A stretch of DNA of 53,076 nucleotides from a virus. Lineage: Duplodnaviria > Caudoviricetes. Position 1 is the first letter of the stretch; each line of letters starts with the position of its first letter. Location of the stretch: positions 1 to 53,076 of the IMG/VR virus record IMGVR_UViG_3300038393_002038. One strand, written 5' to 3'. Position numbers and translations under genes: made by a program. This document shows positions 1 to 9,031 of this stretch, piece by piece. Under the pieces are notes generated by a model. It ran no database searches. It had not been told where the DNA came from and saw only the letters and a list, made by a program, of their open reading frames with translations.

Positions 1-510
1 TGCCGATTTGAGCGATGCCGATTTAAGCGATGCCAATTTGAGCGATGCCGATTTGAGCGATGCCAATTTGAGCGATGCCAATTTGAGAGGTGCCGATTTA
101 AGCGATGCCAATTTGAGCGATGCCGATTTGAGCGATGCTGATTTGAGAGGTGCCGATTTGAGCGATGCCAATTTGAGAGGTGCCAATTTGAGCGATGCTG
201 ATTTGAGAGGTGCCGATTTGAGCGATGCCAATTTGAGAGGTGCCAATTTGAGCGATGCTGATTTGAGAGGTGCCGATTTGAGCGATGCCGATTTAAGCGA
301 TGCCAATTTGAGCGATGCCGATTTGAGCGATGCCAATTTGAGCGATGCCAATTTGAGAGGTGCCGATTTAAGCGATGCCAATTTGAGCGATGCCGATTTG
401 AGCGATGCTGATTTGAGAGGTGCCGATTTGAGCGATGCCAATTTGAGAGGTGCCAATTTGAGCGATGCTGATTTGAGAGGTGCCGATTTGAGCGATGCCG
501 ATTTGAGCGA
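1..510 (+). repeat. 15-bp coding tandem repeat with 60-bp and 270-bp higher-order duplications
   Basis: Unit like TGCCGATTTGAGCGA; 1-229 equals 271-499; 151-210 equals 211-270. Confidence 0.95.
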
Positions 511-817
511 AATTAAAAAAGATTACTTCGATGTGCTTTTACGTGCAATTCCTGAAATTCCCAATTTTAAAAAGGCTTTATTAGATGGCAAAATTGATGG
601 TTCTACTTATTCAGGTGAATGCGCTTGTCTTTGTGGAACACTAATGAAATCTCACGTTGTTGAAATCTCTTGTCGTATTGATAAAATAAAAGACAGTTCA
701 CGCCCTATTGAAAGGTTCTTTCTGTGTATAAAACCAGGTATGACACCCGAAAATAGCCAACATTCAAAACTTGCTTTAGAATGGCTGGAAGAGTTTGAAA
801 GCTACATCAAAAATTAA
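1..817 (+). CDS. Pentapeptide-repeat protein (5' truncated) with Cys-containing C-terminal domain
   Basis: A(D/N)L(S/R)(D/G) repeats run from the window edge to ~510; unique C-terminus [15 protein letters not shown]. Confidence 0.9.
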   Translation, partial: ADLSDADLSDANLSDADLSDANLSDANLRGADLSDANLSDADLSDADLRGADLSDANLRGANLSDADLRGADLSDANLRGANLSDADLRGADLSDADLSDANLSDADLSDANLSDANLRGADLSDANLSDADLSDADLRGADLSDANLRGANLSDADLRGADLSDADLSEIKKDYFDVLLRAIPEIPNFKKALLDGKIDGSTYSGECACLCGTLMKSHVVEISCRIDKIKDSSRPIERFFLCIKPGMTPENSQHSKLALEWLEEFESYIKN

Positions 818-822
818 CTGCT

Positions 823-969
823 ATGCTGTACTTAATAATTCCTGTTGTGATCGTAATTATAGGAAGTGCGCTATATGTAAAAATAGATGCTGATTTAGAA
901 GTTAAGAAGGATATGGAATTGAAAAAGTATTGGGAAAGAATGGATTACGCGGATAGGTTAATAAATTAA
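823..969 (+). CDS. Small membrane protein (48 aa)
   Basis: Read by eye: MLYLIIPVVIVIIGSALYVK..., hydrophobic N-terminus. Confidence 0.55.
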   Translation: MLYLIIPVVIVIIGSALYVKIDADLEVKKDMELKKYWERMDYADRLIN

Positions 970-1014
970 TGTTTGAGTAAAATAGAATCAGAATAAGTTC
1001 TTTAAAATAATAAA

Positions 1015-1177
1015 TGGCGGTTGAAATCGGATGGATGCAAAACACGAAATAGCGAATCGCAGTAGCAGATGAAATCTAAAATAAACACCTAAGCATTATC
1101 GCCCTCAAATTAAAGCATAATGTTAAGCCGAAACACAAAGGAAGCAGCTTGACAGGCTGGAAAGACAGCCACTTTTT
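1015..1177 (+). ncRNA. Candidate structured ncRNA
   Basis: Intergenic, several hairpins, ends GGCTG-GAAAGA-CAGCC then a T-run. Confidence 0.4.
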
Positions 1178-1206
1178 AAATCAGATCATTGAAATAATTG
1201 TGTTTT

Positions 1207-1401
1207 GTGTATGTGGCGGAATAAAATCAATTACAGAAAATCTGGATAATGTTTTTAACAGACGCTGACGGTTTAGTAATCTATATAACCAAAATCCGTA
1301 AATCACGCAGATAAGAGAGGTACTTGAAAGCGGCTGACAGCAGATAACCAAGAGCGGGCAAAGAACAACTCTCGTGCAGGTAATCAATCCTGCCATACAC
1401 A
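1207..1401 (+). ncRNA. Expanded tRNA(Leu)-like RNA, no canonical anticodon loop
   Basis: Acceptor stem GTGTATG/CATACAC + A73; TGGCGGAA...AGACGC D-arm; GCAGG/CCTGC T-stem; large hairpin inserts. Confidence 0.7.
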
Positions 1402-1427
1402 GACACAATATTTAAAATTGAATCAGA

Positions 1428-1610
1428 ATGATAAAAACTATAAAATATTTAATGCTTGTCTTGTACTCAGCAGTTATGTTTTATGCGATAAACGTCGTAC
1501 ATGAAATAAAGGACGTGATAATTTTTTCTACCATAGGAATCGTATTCTTCATCCTTTTCTGTTTAATTGATTTGAAAGAATTTATTAACGACAAAATGAA
1601 CGATTTATGA
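1428..1610 (+). CDS. Small 2-TM membrane protein
   Basis: Two hydrophobic segments. Confidence 0.65.
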   Translation: MIKTIKYLMLVLYSAVMFYAINVVHEIKDVIIFSTIGIVFFILFCLIDLKEFINDKMNDL

Positions 1611-1759
1611 AAATAAAAATCTTCCGCCCCAAACCAAAAAATTCTGTTTACGAAACTATTGTGAATCCTAAGCCAAGAACCGGATTAATTCGGGTGATGA
1701 ATATAAAATAAAAGCCATGCTGTAAACATGGCAATTAAAGAACCTAAAAAACGAAGATA

Positions 1760-2344
1760 ATGGAAAAATCTCAAACACTTACAGAATTAGCAAAAGCCCT
1801 CATTGTGTTTCATGTAAAAGTTGGCAAAGTAACAAAGGATGCAAAAAACCCTTTCTTTCACTCTAATTACGCCACTTTAGAAAACATCTTAGAGGTAATT
1901 GAAACGCCTCTCAATGAAGCCGGATTAACATTCGCTCAATTTCCTTCCGGAAATTACGGACTTACTACTATTCTTATTCATGCTGAATCAGGCGAATATA
2001 TTTCCAGTGAATACTTTATGGAACCGGCAAAGAAAGATCCACAGGGCGCAGGAAGTGTAATAACTTATCAAAGAAGATATGCCCTTGCCGCGATACTTGG
2101 GCTTAACCAGGAAGATGATGATGCTAATGCTGGTACTCACGGCGGCAAAACACCCCAAGCGGCAGAAGAAAATAATAAACAATGGCTCAATAAAGACAGT
2201 AAAGAATTTGCAGGGGCGGTTAAAAAATTGGCTGCCGGACAAACTACGATTGCGAAAATTCGCACAGTGATGAAAGTTTCAAAAGAGGTAGAAACCTTAT
2301 TAAATAACGCCGTAAAAGAATTACAATATGCAAACGCAAACTGA
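1760..2344 (+). CDS. erf: ERF-family single-strand annealing protein
   Basis: KNPFFHSNYATL and GSVITYQRRYALAAILGL..EDDD motifs. Confidence 0.92.
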   Translation: MEKSQTLTELAKALIVFHVKVGKVTKDAKNPFFHSNYATLENILEVIETPLNEAGLTFAQFPSGNYGLTTILIHAESGEYISSEYFMEPAKKDPQGAGSVITYQRRYALAAILGLNQEDDDANAGTHGGKTPQAAEENNKQWLNKDSKEFAGAVKKLAAGQTTIAKIRTVMKVSKEVETLLNNAVKELQYANAN

Positions 2345-2810
2345 ATCAGCAATAGAAATATTTGAGCAAGGGTTAACCAAAAAGGATATTGCTCAAATGG
2401 TGGAAAATTCCATTGTCCATGTTTTAGAAACAGGCGATGTCTTAAAAGTAGCAGAAGCCGTTTCTTGTATGGAACATTTTATAAAAGGATTAAAAGAAGA
2501 TCCGCGCTTCAAAGAATATGTGAGAGAAGAAACCAGCAAATATCCCAAAGGCTTTGTTTCTAATTCCGGCGCTAAAATAGAATGTATTGAAGGTGGAGTA
2601 AAGTATAACTACAGCATGTGTAATGATTCGGTACTGAATGAACTCCTTAAAGACCAGGAATACCTGAAAATAAAAATTGAGGAAAGACAGAAATTCCTAA
2701 AAAATCTTCCGCTGGAAGGAATAGAAATAAGGAATGAAGACGAACTGATAAAAATATTTCCTCCTTCAAAACAAAGCACATCCACCTTTAAAGTGACCCT
2801 TGCAAAATGA
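2328..2810 (+). CDS. Phage hypothetical protein coupled to ERF
   Basis: Overlapping ORF, 160 aa. Confidence 0.75.
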   Translation: MQTQTESAIEIFEQGLTKKDIAQMVENSIVHVLETGDVLKVAEAVSCMEHFIKGLKEDPRFKEYVREETSKYPKGFVSNSGAKIECIEGGVKYNYSMCNDSVLNELLKDQEYLKIKIEERQKFLKNLPLEGIEIRNEDELIKIFPPSKQSTSTFKVTLAK

Positions 2811-3043
2811 CAAAGTACGAACAAATATTATCTCATTTGCCTGTAAAGTTTCCACGTCACGCTCCAATAAAGGTTGGCACTTTCAATCCGATAAGAATTT
2901 ATAGCCTTGAAAAAACAAACGACGGTGAAGTAATGGTACAAATCAATGATGGCTCTTTTCACAAGTTGGAAGAAACAGATCGTAATTATGATTTAGTAGC
3001 AGACCAAATATTAAACAGGTTACATGGAAACAACACACTATAA
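2807..3043 (+). CDS. Hypothetical protein
   Basis: ATGA coupling with upstream gene. Confidence 0.7.
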   Translation: MTKYEQILSHLPVKFPRHAPIKVGTFNPIRIYSLEKTNDGEVMVQINDGSFHKLEETDRNYDLVADQILNRLHGNNTL

Positions 3044-3215
3044 CCACAACACATTAGGAACAGAGTTAAAGCCCCTTATCCCGAACCTGGAGTTTAAACT
3101 TTTACACGAAAGTTTATTAAGGGGAGAAAAAGAGAAGTACGAAGAAGTAATGAGTAAATGGACGTTGGAAAGTTTTCAAAGACACATAGTTGAACCGCTT
3201 TATAAAAAATTATGA
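3024..3215 (+). CDS. Hypothetical protein
   Basis: Overlapping operon ORF. Confidence 0.6.
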   Translation: METTHYNHNTLGTELKPLIPNLEFKLLHESLLRGEKEKYEEVMSKWTLESFQRHIVEPLYKKL

Positions 3216-3607
3216 AAGAAATAATTGAAGAATTAACCGGCTACTTTTTAAAAGTGCAGGAATTTGATAAGGACGCAGCGCAGGACGGCGAAGCACTGCA
3301 CGCATATTTAGTGGAACTCACAAATATCATGTCAAGAGCCAATTTCCTAATGGCTGAATGGCAAAGAAAATTCCGCGAAGAAAAGAAAAATGCGTATGAA
3401 AAATTAGCCTTTAGCAGTAAAGCAAATGATAAATATTTCAGTCCATCACTCGCTAAAGATTACATAGACAGCCAATGCAATGAAACAGGATATGTGTATG
3501 ATTTAGCCGAAAGAGTAAGTAGACTGACAACCCACACCATCGATGCAATACGCACAATTATTTCTTCATTAAAAAGTGAACGAACTTTTGCTCAATACGC
3601 TCAATAA
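3212..3607 (+). CDS. Helical hypothetical protein
   Basis: ATGA coupling; 131 aa. Confidence 0.75.
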   Translation: MKEIIEELTGYFLKVQEFDKDAAQDGEALHAYLVELTNIMSRANFLMAEWQRKFREEKKNAYEKLAFSSKANDKYFSPSLAKDYIDSQCNETGYVYDLAERVSRLTTHTIDAIRTIISSLKSERTFAQYAQ

Positions 3608-3632
3608 TTTAAAACCTTCAATAATAGATTAA

Positions 3633-3920
3633 ATGGCACACACACAAGGTAAATGGTTAATAGGTAAAGGTGAAATTTTCAGACCTGCATCATCTGGCAG
3701 TATTTCTCCCTACTATGAACAGATTTGCGGTTTTGTAGAAACCGGAAGCAAAGAGTGTAAGGATAATGCAAAACTTATTGCCGCAGCTCCTGAATTACTG
3801 GAAGCGTGTAAAAAAATGATTCAGGCTTTTAATAATACACCCCAATATTGGTTAATAACAGACGATGTTATGCAAGCTGAAAATATAATGATTGAAGCAA
3901 TTAAAAAAGCAACAGAATAA
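3633..3920 (+). CDS. Phage protein with NAKLIAAAPELLEA motif
   Basis: Motif common in small phage early proteins. Confidence 0.8.
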   Translation: MAHTQGKWLIGKGEIFRPASSGSISPYYEQICGFVETGSKECKDNAKLIAAAPELLEACKKMIQAFNNTPQYWLITDDVMQAENIMIEAIKKATE

Positions 3921-4285
3921 TGTTATCTCAATACCTTATCCAACGCCAACAGCAAAAGCTCGGACTTGCAGTAAAAGAAGAAAAAAAGCAGAAACCTATT
4001 TCGATAAAAAGTGTGAAAAGAATTGCGGAAGATAAGTTGTATAAAAAGATAGTAAAAGAAATGCTTGCCTTAAAGCCTAATTGTAGAATTAAAAGTCCTG
4101 TATGCACCGGAAAGGCGCAAGGATTAGACCATTTACAAAAGAGAAGTCCTAAAAACTATTTAAAAAGAAGCAATCTTATTCCGGCCTGTAATGCTTGCCA
4201 ACTATACAAAGAGGAGCACCCAGAATGGAGCAATAAAAACGGTACTTCAATTTCAAGATTTAAAAAAATAAATCATGTTGACTAA
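3920..4285 (+). CDS. HNH-like zinc-binding nuclease
   Basis: C..C, DH, SNLIPACNACQ..H pattern. Confidence 0.65.
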   Translation: MLSQYLIQRQQQKLGLAVKEEKKQKPISIKSVKRIAEDKLYKKIVKEMLALKPNCRIKSPVCTGKAQGLDHLQKRSPKNYLKRSNLIPACNACQLYKEEHPEWSNKNGTSISRFKKINHVD

Positions 4286-4631
4286 AGAAGAAATACTGCA
4301 AAAGATAAAAAACTTCCCGTCTCTTTCATCACTAATAGGCGAGACAGGTGCATTACAGGAATTGTATAATGCAGTTGAAGAACACGCTAATCAGGATAAA
4401 TGGATGGTAATTAATTATGACAATCCACCAAAGGGCGAAGTTCTTTTGTTTTCCACAAGTGGCACTATTCTAAAAGGCGATTGGTATGAAAATAATTTAG
4501 TAACGGGATTTGGATGGAGAACAGAAAGAAGCCAATGGACTTGTACCGAAGATGGACGAAATTATTTAACGCTTAAACCTAAAGAAGATATTACCCACTG
4601 GCAACCAGTACCAACACCTCCAAAACAATAA
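4275..4631 (+). CDS. DUF551-like phage protein
   Basis: C-terminal ITHWQPVPTPP motif. Confidence 0.7.
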   Translation: MLTKEEILQKIKNFPSLSSLIGETGALQELYNAVEEHANQDKWMVINYDNPPKGEVLLFSTSGTILKGDWYENNLVTGFGWRTERSQWTCTEDGRNYLTLKPKEDITHWQPVPTPPKQ

Positions 4632-4634
4632 CCC

Positions 4635-4913
4635 ATGTTACAACAATTATCAATAGACTGGGAAAACGTAACCCACGTAAAAGAGAATAATAGTCATAGT
4701 GAGCAAATATTATTCGACCAATACGAAAGATTAAACCATAACTGTAAGATTATTTACGATGCCTTAAAACGTGGTGAAAAGTTAACCGGAAGGGATATAG
4801 TAAGAAGATTTGGAATGCTGGAATACCGCAGAAGAATCGCCGATTTGCGGGATGCAGGAATTGAGATTCAGGAAACAACTTTAAAAGGAGGCGCTAAACA
4901 GTGGTATTTATGA
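4635..4913 (+). CDS. Winged helix-turn-helix protein
   Basis: GEKLT...RRRIADLRDAGIEI pattern. Confidence 0.7.
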   Translation: MLQQLSIDWENVTHVKENNSHSEQILFDQYERLNHNCKIIYDALKRGEKLTGRDIVRRFGMLEYRRRIADLRDAGIEIQETTLKGGAKQWYL

Positions 4914-5155
4914 GCCAGCAAAAACAAAAATTAATTATCCAGTTTGCCTTACAGAATGAAAATAAAATTTCACTCGATGAAGCACTCTCAATAAAAGGAG
5001 TAGACACATATTATTGCAATGAAAGATTCCATGTAGGGAATATTCTTTCAAGAATGGTAAAGACTGGAATTTTAAAAAGATTGAAACCTGGAAAGTTTGA
5101 ATTGATAAGAACTAATAAAGTATCGGTAACCGTGGATCAACCTAAATTATTTTAA
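4901..5155 (+). CDS. Hypothetical, possibly winged-helix
   Basis: ILSRMVKTGILKRLKPGKF. Confidence 0.6.
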   Translation: MVFMSQQKQKLIIQFALQNENKISLDEALSIKGVDTYYCNERFHVGNILSRMVKTGILKRLKPGKFELIRTNKVSVTVDQPKLF

Positions 5156-5157
5156 TC

Positions 5158-5373
5158 ATGACAACAATTACAAAAGAATTATTTGAAGCACTGTCGGCTT
5201 TATGTGGAATGTGGGATCAGTACTGCGGCAGTGAATGGGGGCATGAATGTATGAGCGCCGGAGAAGCTACGCAAGACGTTTTAGATAAGTACCAATTACT
5301 TAAAATAGATACGGGCTTTGGCGGTAAAGTGGATTGGGAAAGATTAAATCAACTTGAAAAAGGAATTGCGTGA
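5158..5373 (+). CDS. Hypothetical protein
   Basis: Operon ORF. Confidence 0.6.
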   Translation: MTTITKELFEALSALCGMWDQYCGSEWGHECMSAGEATQDVLDKYQLLKIDTGFGGKVDWERLNQLEKGIA

Positions 5374-5573
5374 TCCCCAAAAAACTAATCATCCCTTCTG
5401 ATTCCAACGAGCTTGAATTAGTAAGAACTATAAAAGGAAAAGAGATTACTTACGAATACCAGTTTACAAAATCAGAGACTAAAAAGGGAATGTTGATGAC
5501 AATAAGTGAGGAGAATTTAAACAAGAATTTGAAGCAAAAAATATTTAAAGAATGGAGTACGTTGAATTTTTAA
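5370..5573 (+). CDS. Hypothetical protein
   Basis: GTGA coupling. Confidence 0.6.
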   Translation: MIPKKLIIPSDSNELELVRTIKGKEITYEYQFTKSETKKGMLMTISEENLNKNLKQKIFKEWSTLNF

Positions 5574-8269
5574 AAAGCAAAATAGTTATATCAGAAGATT
5601 TTGGTTTTGAAGTTGACGAAAAAAATATGACTTCAAAATTAAAACCTCACCAAAAAGATATTTGTCTTTGGGCGCTTAAAGGAGGCCGTAGAGCCGTGTT
5701 TGCAAATTTCGGATTGGGAAAAACTTTTATGCAACTCGAAATCGCTAAGCAGTGTATCAATAAAGAAAATAAACCCTTCCTTATTGTTTGTCCGTTGGCC
5801 GTTTCCGGTGAATTTAAAAGAGATAACCGAAAATTAAATACAGGTTATGATATCACTTACATAACTGATACTGATACAATCCAGGATTACAAACTGCAAA
5901 TTTATATAACCAATTATGAGCGGGTGCGCATGGGAGATATTGACGCCTCAAAATTTTGTGGTGTATCTTTTGACGAAGCAAGCATTTTAAGAAACTTAAA
6001 AACCGAAACAACGAATTACGTTCTTTCTCACTTCAAAAAAGTTCCTTACCGGTTTGTTGCCACTGCCACACCTACACCGAATGATTACATAGAAATCTTA
6101 AATTATGCTGACTATCTCGGAGTGATCAGTAGAGGTCACGCATTGACAAGATTCTTTCAAAGAGATTCTACCAAAGCCGGAAATCTTACCCTTTACCCAA
6201 ACAAGAAAAAAGAATTCTGGATGTGGGTTTCTACATGGGCCGTATTTGTAAATAAACCGTCCGATTTAGGCTATTCCGATGAAGGGTATGATTTGCCGGA
6301 AATGAATATAATAGAGCATTGTGTAAATATAGACAATGAAGAAAGCTATATTAATAAAGATGGAGAGCTGGTAATGTTCAAAGACATTTCAAAAAGTCTT
6401 ATTGAGGTTTCCCGTGAAAAAAGAGAATCGATAAAAAATAGATGTGATAAAGCATTTGAACTGGCAAAAGAAACTGATTCAGCTATTGTATGGCACCATT
6501 TGGAATCCGAAAGGCAATACCTGGAGAAATTATTTAAAGACGAAAGTTCAGAAGCTGTTTTCGGAGGTCAAATTAATCCGGTCAAAGAAGCTTTATTAAT
6601 CGGTTTTTCAGAAAATAAATACCAGTACCTTCTTACTAAAGCACGAATAGCAGGATCCGGATGTAATTTTCAGGACTACTGCCATACCGCAATCTTCGCA
6701 GGTATTGATTATAAGTTTAACGATTTTATACAGGCTATTCACAGGATTTATAGATTCGGTCAAACCAAACAAGTAAACATTCACATTATCTACACAGAAA
6801 ACGAATATGAAGTGCTTAAAGTGCTCTATAAGAAGTGGGAAAAACACAAAGAACTACAACTAAATATGATTGGACTGGTCAAAGAATACGGATTAAACAA
6901 AGACATAATAAAACAGCAAATGCAAAGACAACTTTTTAAAAACGGTAAAAAAATTATTATCGGTGGCGCGACACTGTATAATAATGATACGGTAATAGTA
7001 CACGCGGATAAAAAAGAAATGCCGGATAATTCAGTGCACATGATTTTAACCTCAATTCCTTTCGGTGATCATTATGAATACTCCGATAATTATAACGACA
7101 TGGGGCACAATCACGGTAATGGCAACTTCTTTAAACAGATGGAGTATTTAACTCCTAACTTATTGAGGGTTTTAAAGCCCGGCCGTATCGCTGCAATTCA
7201 TGTAAAAGATCGCATTCGTTATTCTTATCAAAATGGAACCAAATTCACTACAATAGATGATTTTTCAGGGCAAACGGTAGCACACTTTACAAAAGAGCAC
7301 GTGAAAAATAAGGTTATAATGCTGAAAGAAATTTTAGCAGGACTTAGAAAAAATAACCCAAGAAAAGAGCTGCTTTTAAAAAAGGAACTTGAAGCTGAAA
7401 TATCAGAACTGGAAGAGGATTATAAAAATAGATTCTACTTATTAGGAAAGATCACCGTTACCACCGATGTAGTAAGAGAAAACAATCAAACCTACCGTTT
7501 AGGATGGACAGAACAATGCAAGGATGCTACTAAAATGGGTTGTGGAATGCCTGAATATGTTCTACTATTCAGGAAAGCGCCAACTCAATTAAATAATGCT
7601 TATGCTGATGAACCTGTAGAAAAATCAAAAGAAGAGTACGATATCTCCACTTGGCAATTAGATGCACATGCTTATTACCGAAGTAATGGCGACCGGTTCC
7701 TAACCTATGAGGAATTAAAGTCCTTGGACTTTGATAAAATCTGTAAAACCTGGGCAAAGCGTAATAAAGAATCGATTTATTCTTACGATGAACATTTAAA
7801 AGCTTGTCAGGATTTAGAAGATTTGGGGAAGCTTTCAAAACTCTTTACTACCCTTCCGGTCCATTCAAATTCTGATTTGGTTTGGAGCGATGTAAACAGG
7901 ATGAACACATTAAACGCAAAACAAGTTTCTTCAAAGAAAGAGAAACATATTTGCCCCCTGCAGATCGATATTATCAAAAGACTGATCAATCGCTTTACCA
8001 TGAAAGGAGAGATTGTTGATGATCCTTTTGGAGGCTTATTTTCTACTCCTTACGTAGCAATGGAAATGGGGAGGAGGTCTGTATCTGTAGAACTTAATTC
8101 AGAATATTACGCAGACGGGTTAAGCTACATACACGCTATGCATCATAAAATGAACATTCCTACTCTGTTTGATTTAATAGAACAGCCAGAACCAACTACA
8201 GAAATAAGTATAGAATTAAAAGACACCATTTTAGGGAAATATATGGAAGAAAAAGGAATTAATATCTAA
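5552..8269 (+). CDS. SNF2-like helicase fused to N4/N6 DNA methyltransferase (beta-class motif order)
   Basis: GLGKT, DEAS, TATP, QAIHRIYRFGQ; TSIPF (motif IV) precedes DPFGG (motif I). Confidence 0.9.
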   Translation: MEYVEFLKSKIVISEDFGFEVDEKNMTSKLKPHQKDICLWALKGGRRAVFANFGLGKTFMQLEIAKQCINKENKPFLIVCPLAVSGEFKRDNRKLNTGYDITYITDTDTIQDYKLQIYITNYERVRMGDIDASKFCGVSFDEASILRNLKTETTNYVLSHFKKVPYRFVATATPTPNDYIEILNYADYLGVISRGHALTRFFQRDSTKAGNLTLYPNKKKEFWMWVSTWAVFVNKPSDLGYSDEGYDLPEMNIIEHCVNIDNEESYINKDGELVMFKDISKSLIEVSREKRESIKNRCDKAFELAKETDSAIVWHHLESERQYLEKLFKDESSEAVFGGQINPVKEALLIGFSENKYQYLLTKARIAGSGCNFQDYCHTAIFAGIDYKFNDFIQAIHRIYRFGQTKQVNIHIIYTENEYEVLKVLYKKWEKHKELQLNMIGLVKEYGLNKDIIKQQMQRQLFKNGKKIIIGGATLYNNDTVIVHADKKEMPDNSVHMILTSIPFGDHYEYSDNYNDMGHNHGNGNFFKQMEYLTPNLLRVLKPGRIAAIHVKDRIRYSYQNGTKFTTIDDFSGQTVAHFTKEHVKNKVIMLKEILAGLRKNNPRKELLLKKELEAEISELEEDYKNRFYLLGKITVTTDVVRENNQTYRLGWTEQCKDATKMGCGMPEYVLLFRKAPTQLNNAYADEPVEKSKEEYDISTWQLDAHAYYRSNGDRFLTYEELKSLDFDKICKTWAKRNKESIYSYDEHLKACQDLEDLGKLSKLFTTLPVHSNSDLVWSDVNRMNTLNAKQVSSKKEKHICPLQIDIIKRLINRFTMKGEIVDDPFGGLFSTPYVAMEMGRRSVSVELNSEYYADGLSYIHAMHHKMNIPTLFDLIEQPEPTTEISIELKDTILGKYMEEKGINI

Positions 8270-8334
8270 GGAGAATAAAATATTACGCAGAATAAGAATT
8301 AGAACTAATTGTTTGTTTACTGAATAAAAAAAAT

Positions 8335-8550
8335 ATGTCAAAATTTAACGACCACGAAAAGAACTTCATCCGCAACAACTACTTAAAATTAACTGAGCCT
8401 CAAATGGCGAGTATTTTAGGAACCACAAGATTTTTTATTCAGAAGTTTAAAAGAGAAGAAAACCTGGTAAAATACCCTTACAACCGGAAGAAAAAAGAAT
8501 CAGTGAAAGAAGGATTTTTTAATGTGGATGAATATTTAAAAATAGCGTAA
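8335..8550 (+). CDS. Small HTH-like protein
   Basis: LTEPQMASILGTT. Confidence 0.6.
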   Translation: MSKFNDHEKNFIRNNYLKLTEPQMASILGTTRFFIQKFKREENLVKYPYNRKKKESVKEGFFNVDEYLKIA

Positions 8551-8567
8551 ATGTTTGCTGAATAAAA

Positions 8568-8960
8568 ATGAAAAAGAAAATTATTTATGGGTGTGAGAGC
8601 CGCGGAGATTATGGCAGCAAATATCTTGTGAGGTACACTTTAATTGATACAAGGTTATTTCAGTTGTGCCTACACGTTTTTCACCGTTCAGACGCCGATG
8701 AACACCATGATCATCCGTGGCCGTTTATTTCCATAATTCTTTGGAGGGGATATTTTGAAGAAACGGTAAAAGGCAAAAAAAGAATGTGGCCTGGTATGAT
8801 CCTATTCCGAAAAGCAACGCACCGGCACCGGGTGGAATTAGTTAAAGAAAAGAAAGCGGTTACGCTGGTTATCATGGGAAAGCGCAAAAGGGAATGGGGT
8901 TTTTATACTTCAAAGGGCTGGCAATTATGGACGAAATATTTTAGAGAAAGAGGCTGTTAA
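8568..8960 (+). CDS. Cupin-fold metalloprotein
   Basis: HDHPW...GYFEE...HRHRVEL. Confidence 0.75.
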   Translation: MKKKIIYGCESRGDYGSKYLVRYTLIDTRLFQLCLHVFHRSDADEHHDHPWPFISIILWRGYFEETVKGKKRMWPGMILFRKATHRHRVELVKEKKAVTLVIMGKRKREWGFYTSKGWQLWTKYFRERGC

Positions 8961-9031
8961 CTCCTAAAGTAACCAGCATTATAACTGAATTTAGATTTTA
9001 TCCAATAATAATGAAAACACATAACTGATTT

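Noticed and set aside
1-510. Possible CRISPR array
   Set aside because: Contiguous in-frame 15-bp coding repeats, no unique spacers, no cas genes
1207-1401. tmRNA or intron-containing tRNA-Leu
   Set aside because: Too short, no G3:U70 alanine identity or tag ORF; inserts occur in three arms, unlike a single intron
1181-1408. 75-aa minus-strand ORF
   Set aside because: Antisense to the early operon and coincides with the tRNA-like structure
1711-1731. AAGCCATG/CATGGC hairpin before erf as a fifth attenuator
   Set aside because: Lacks AGAGCTTC and a proper U-tract
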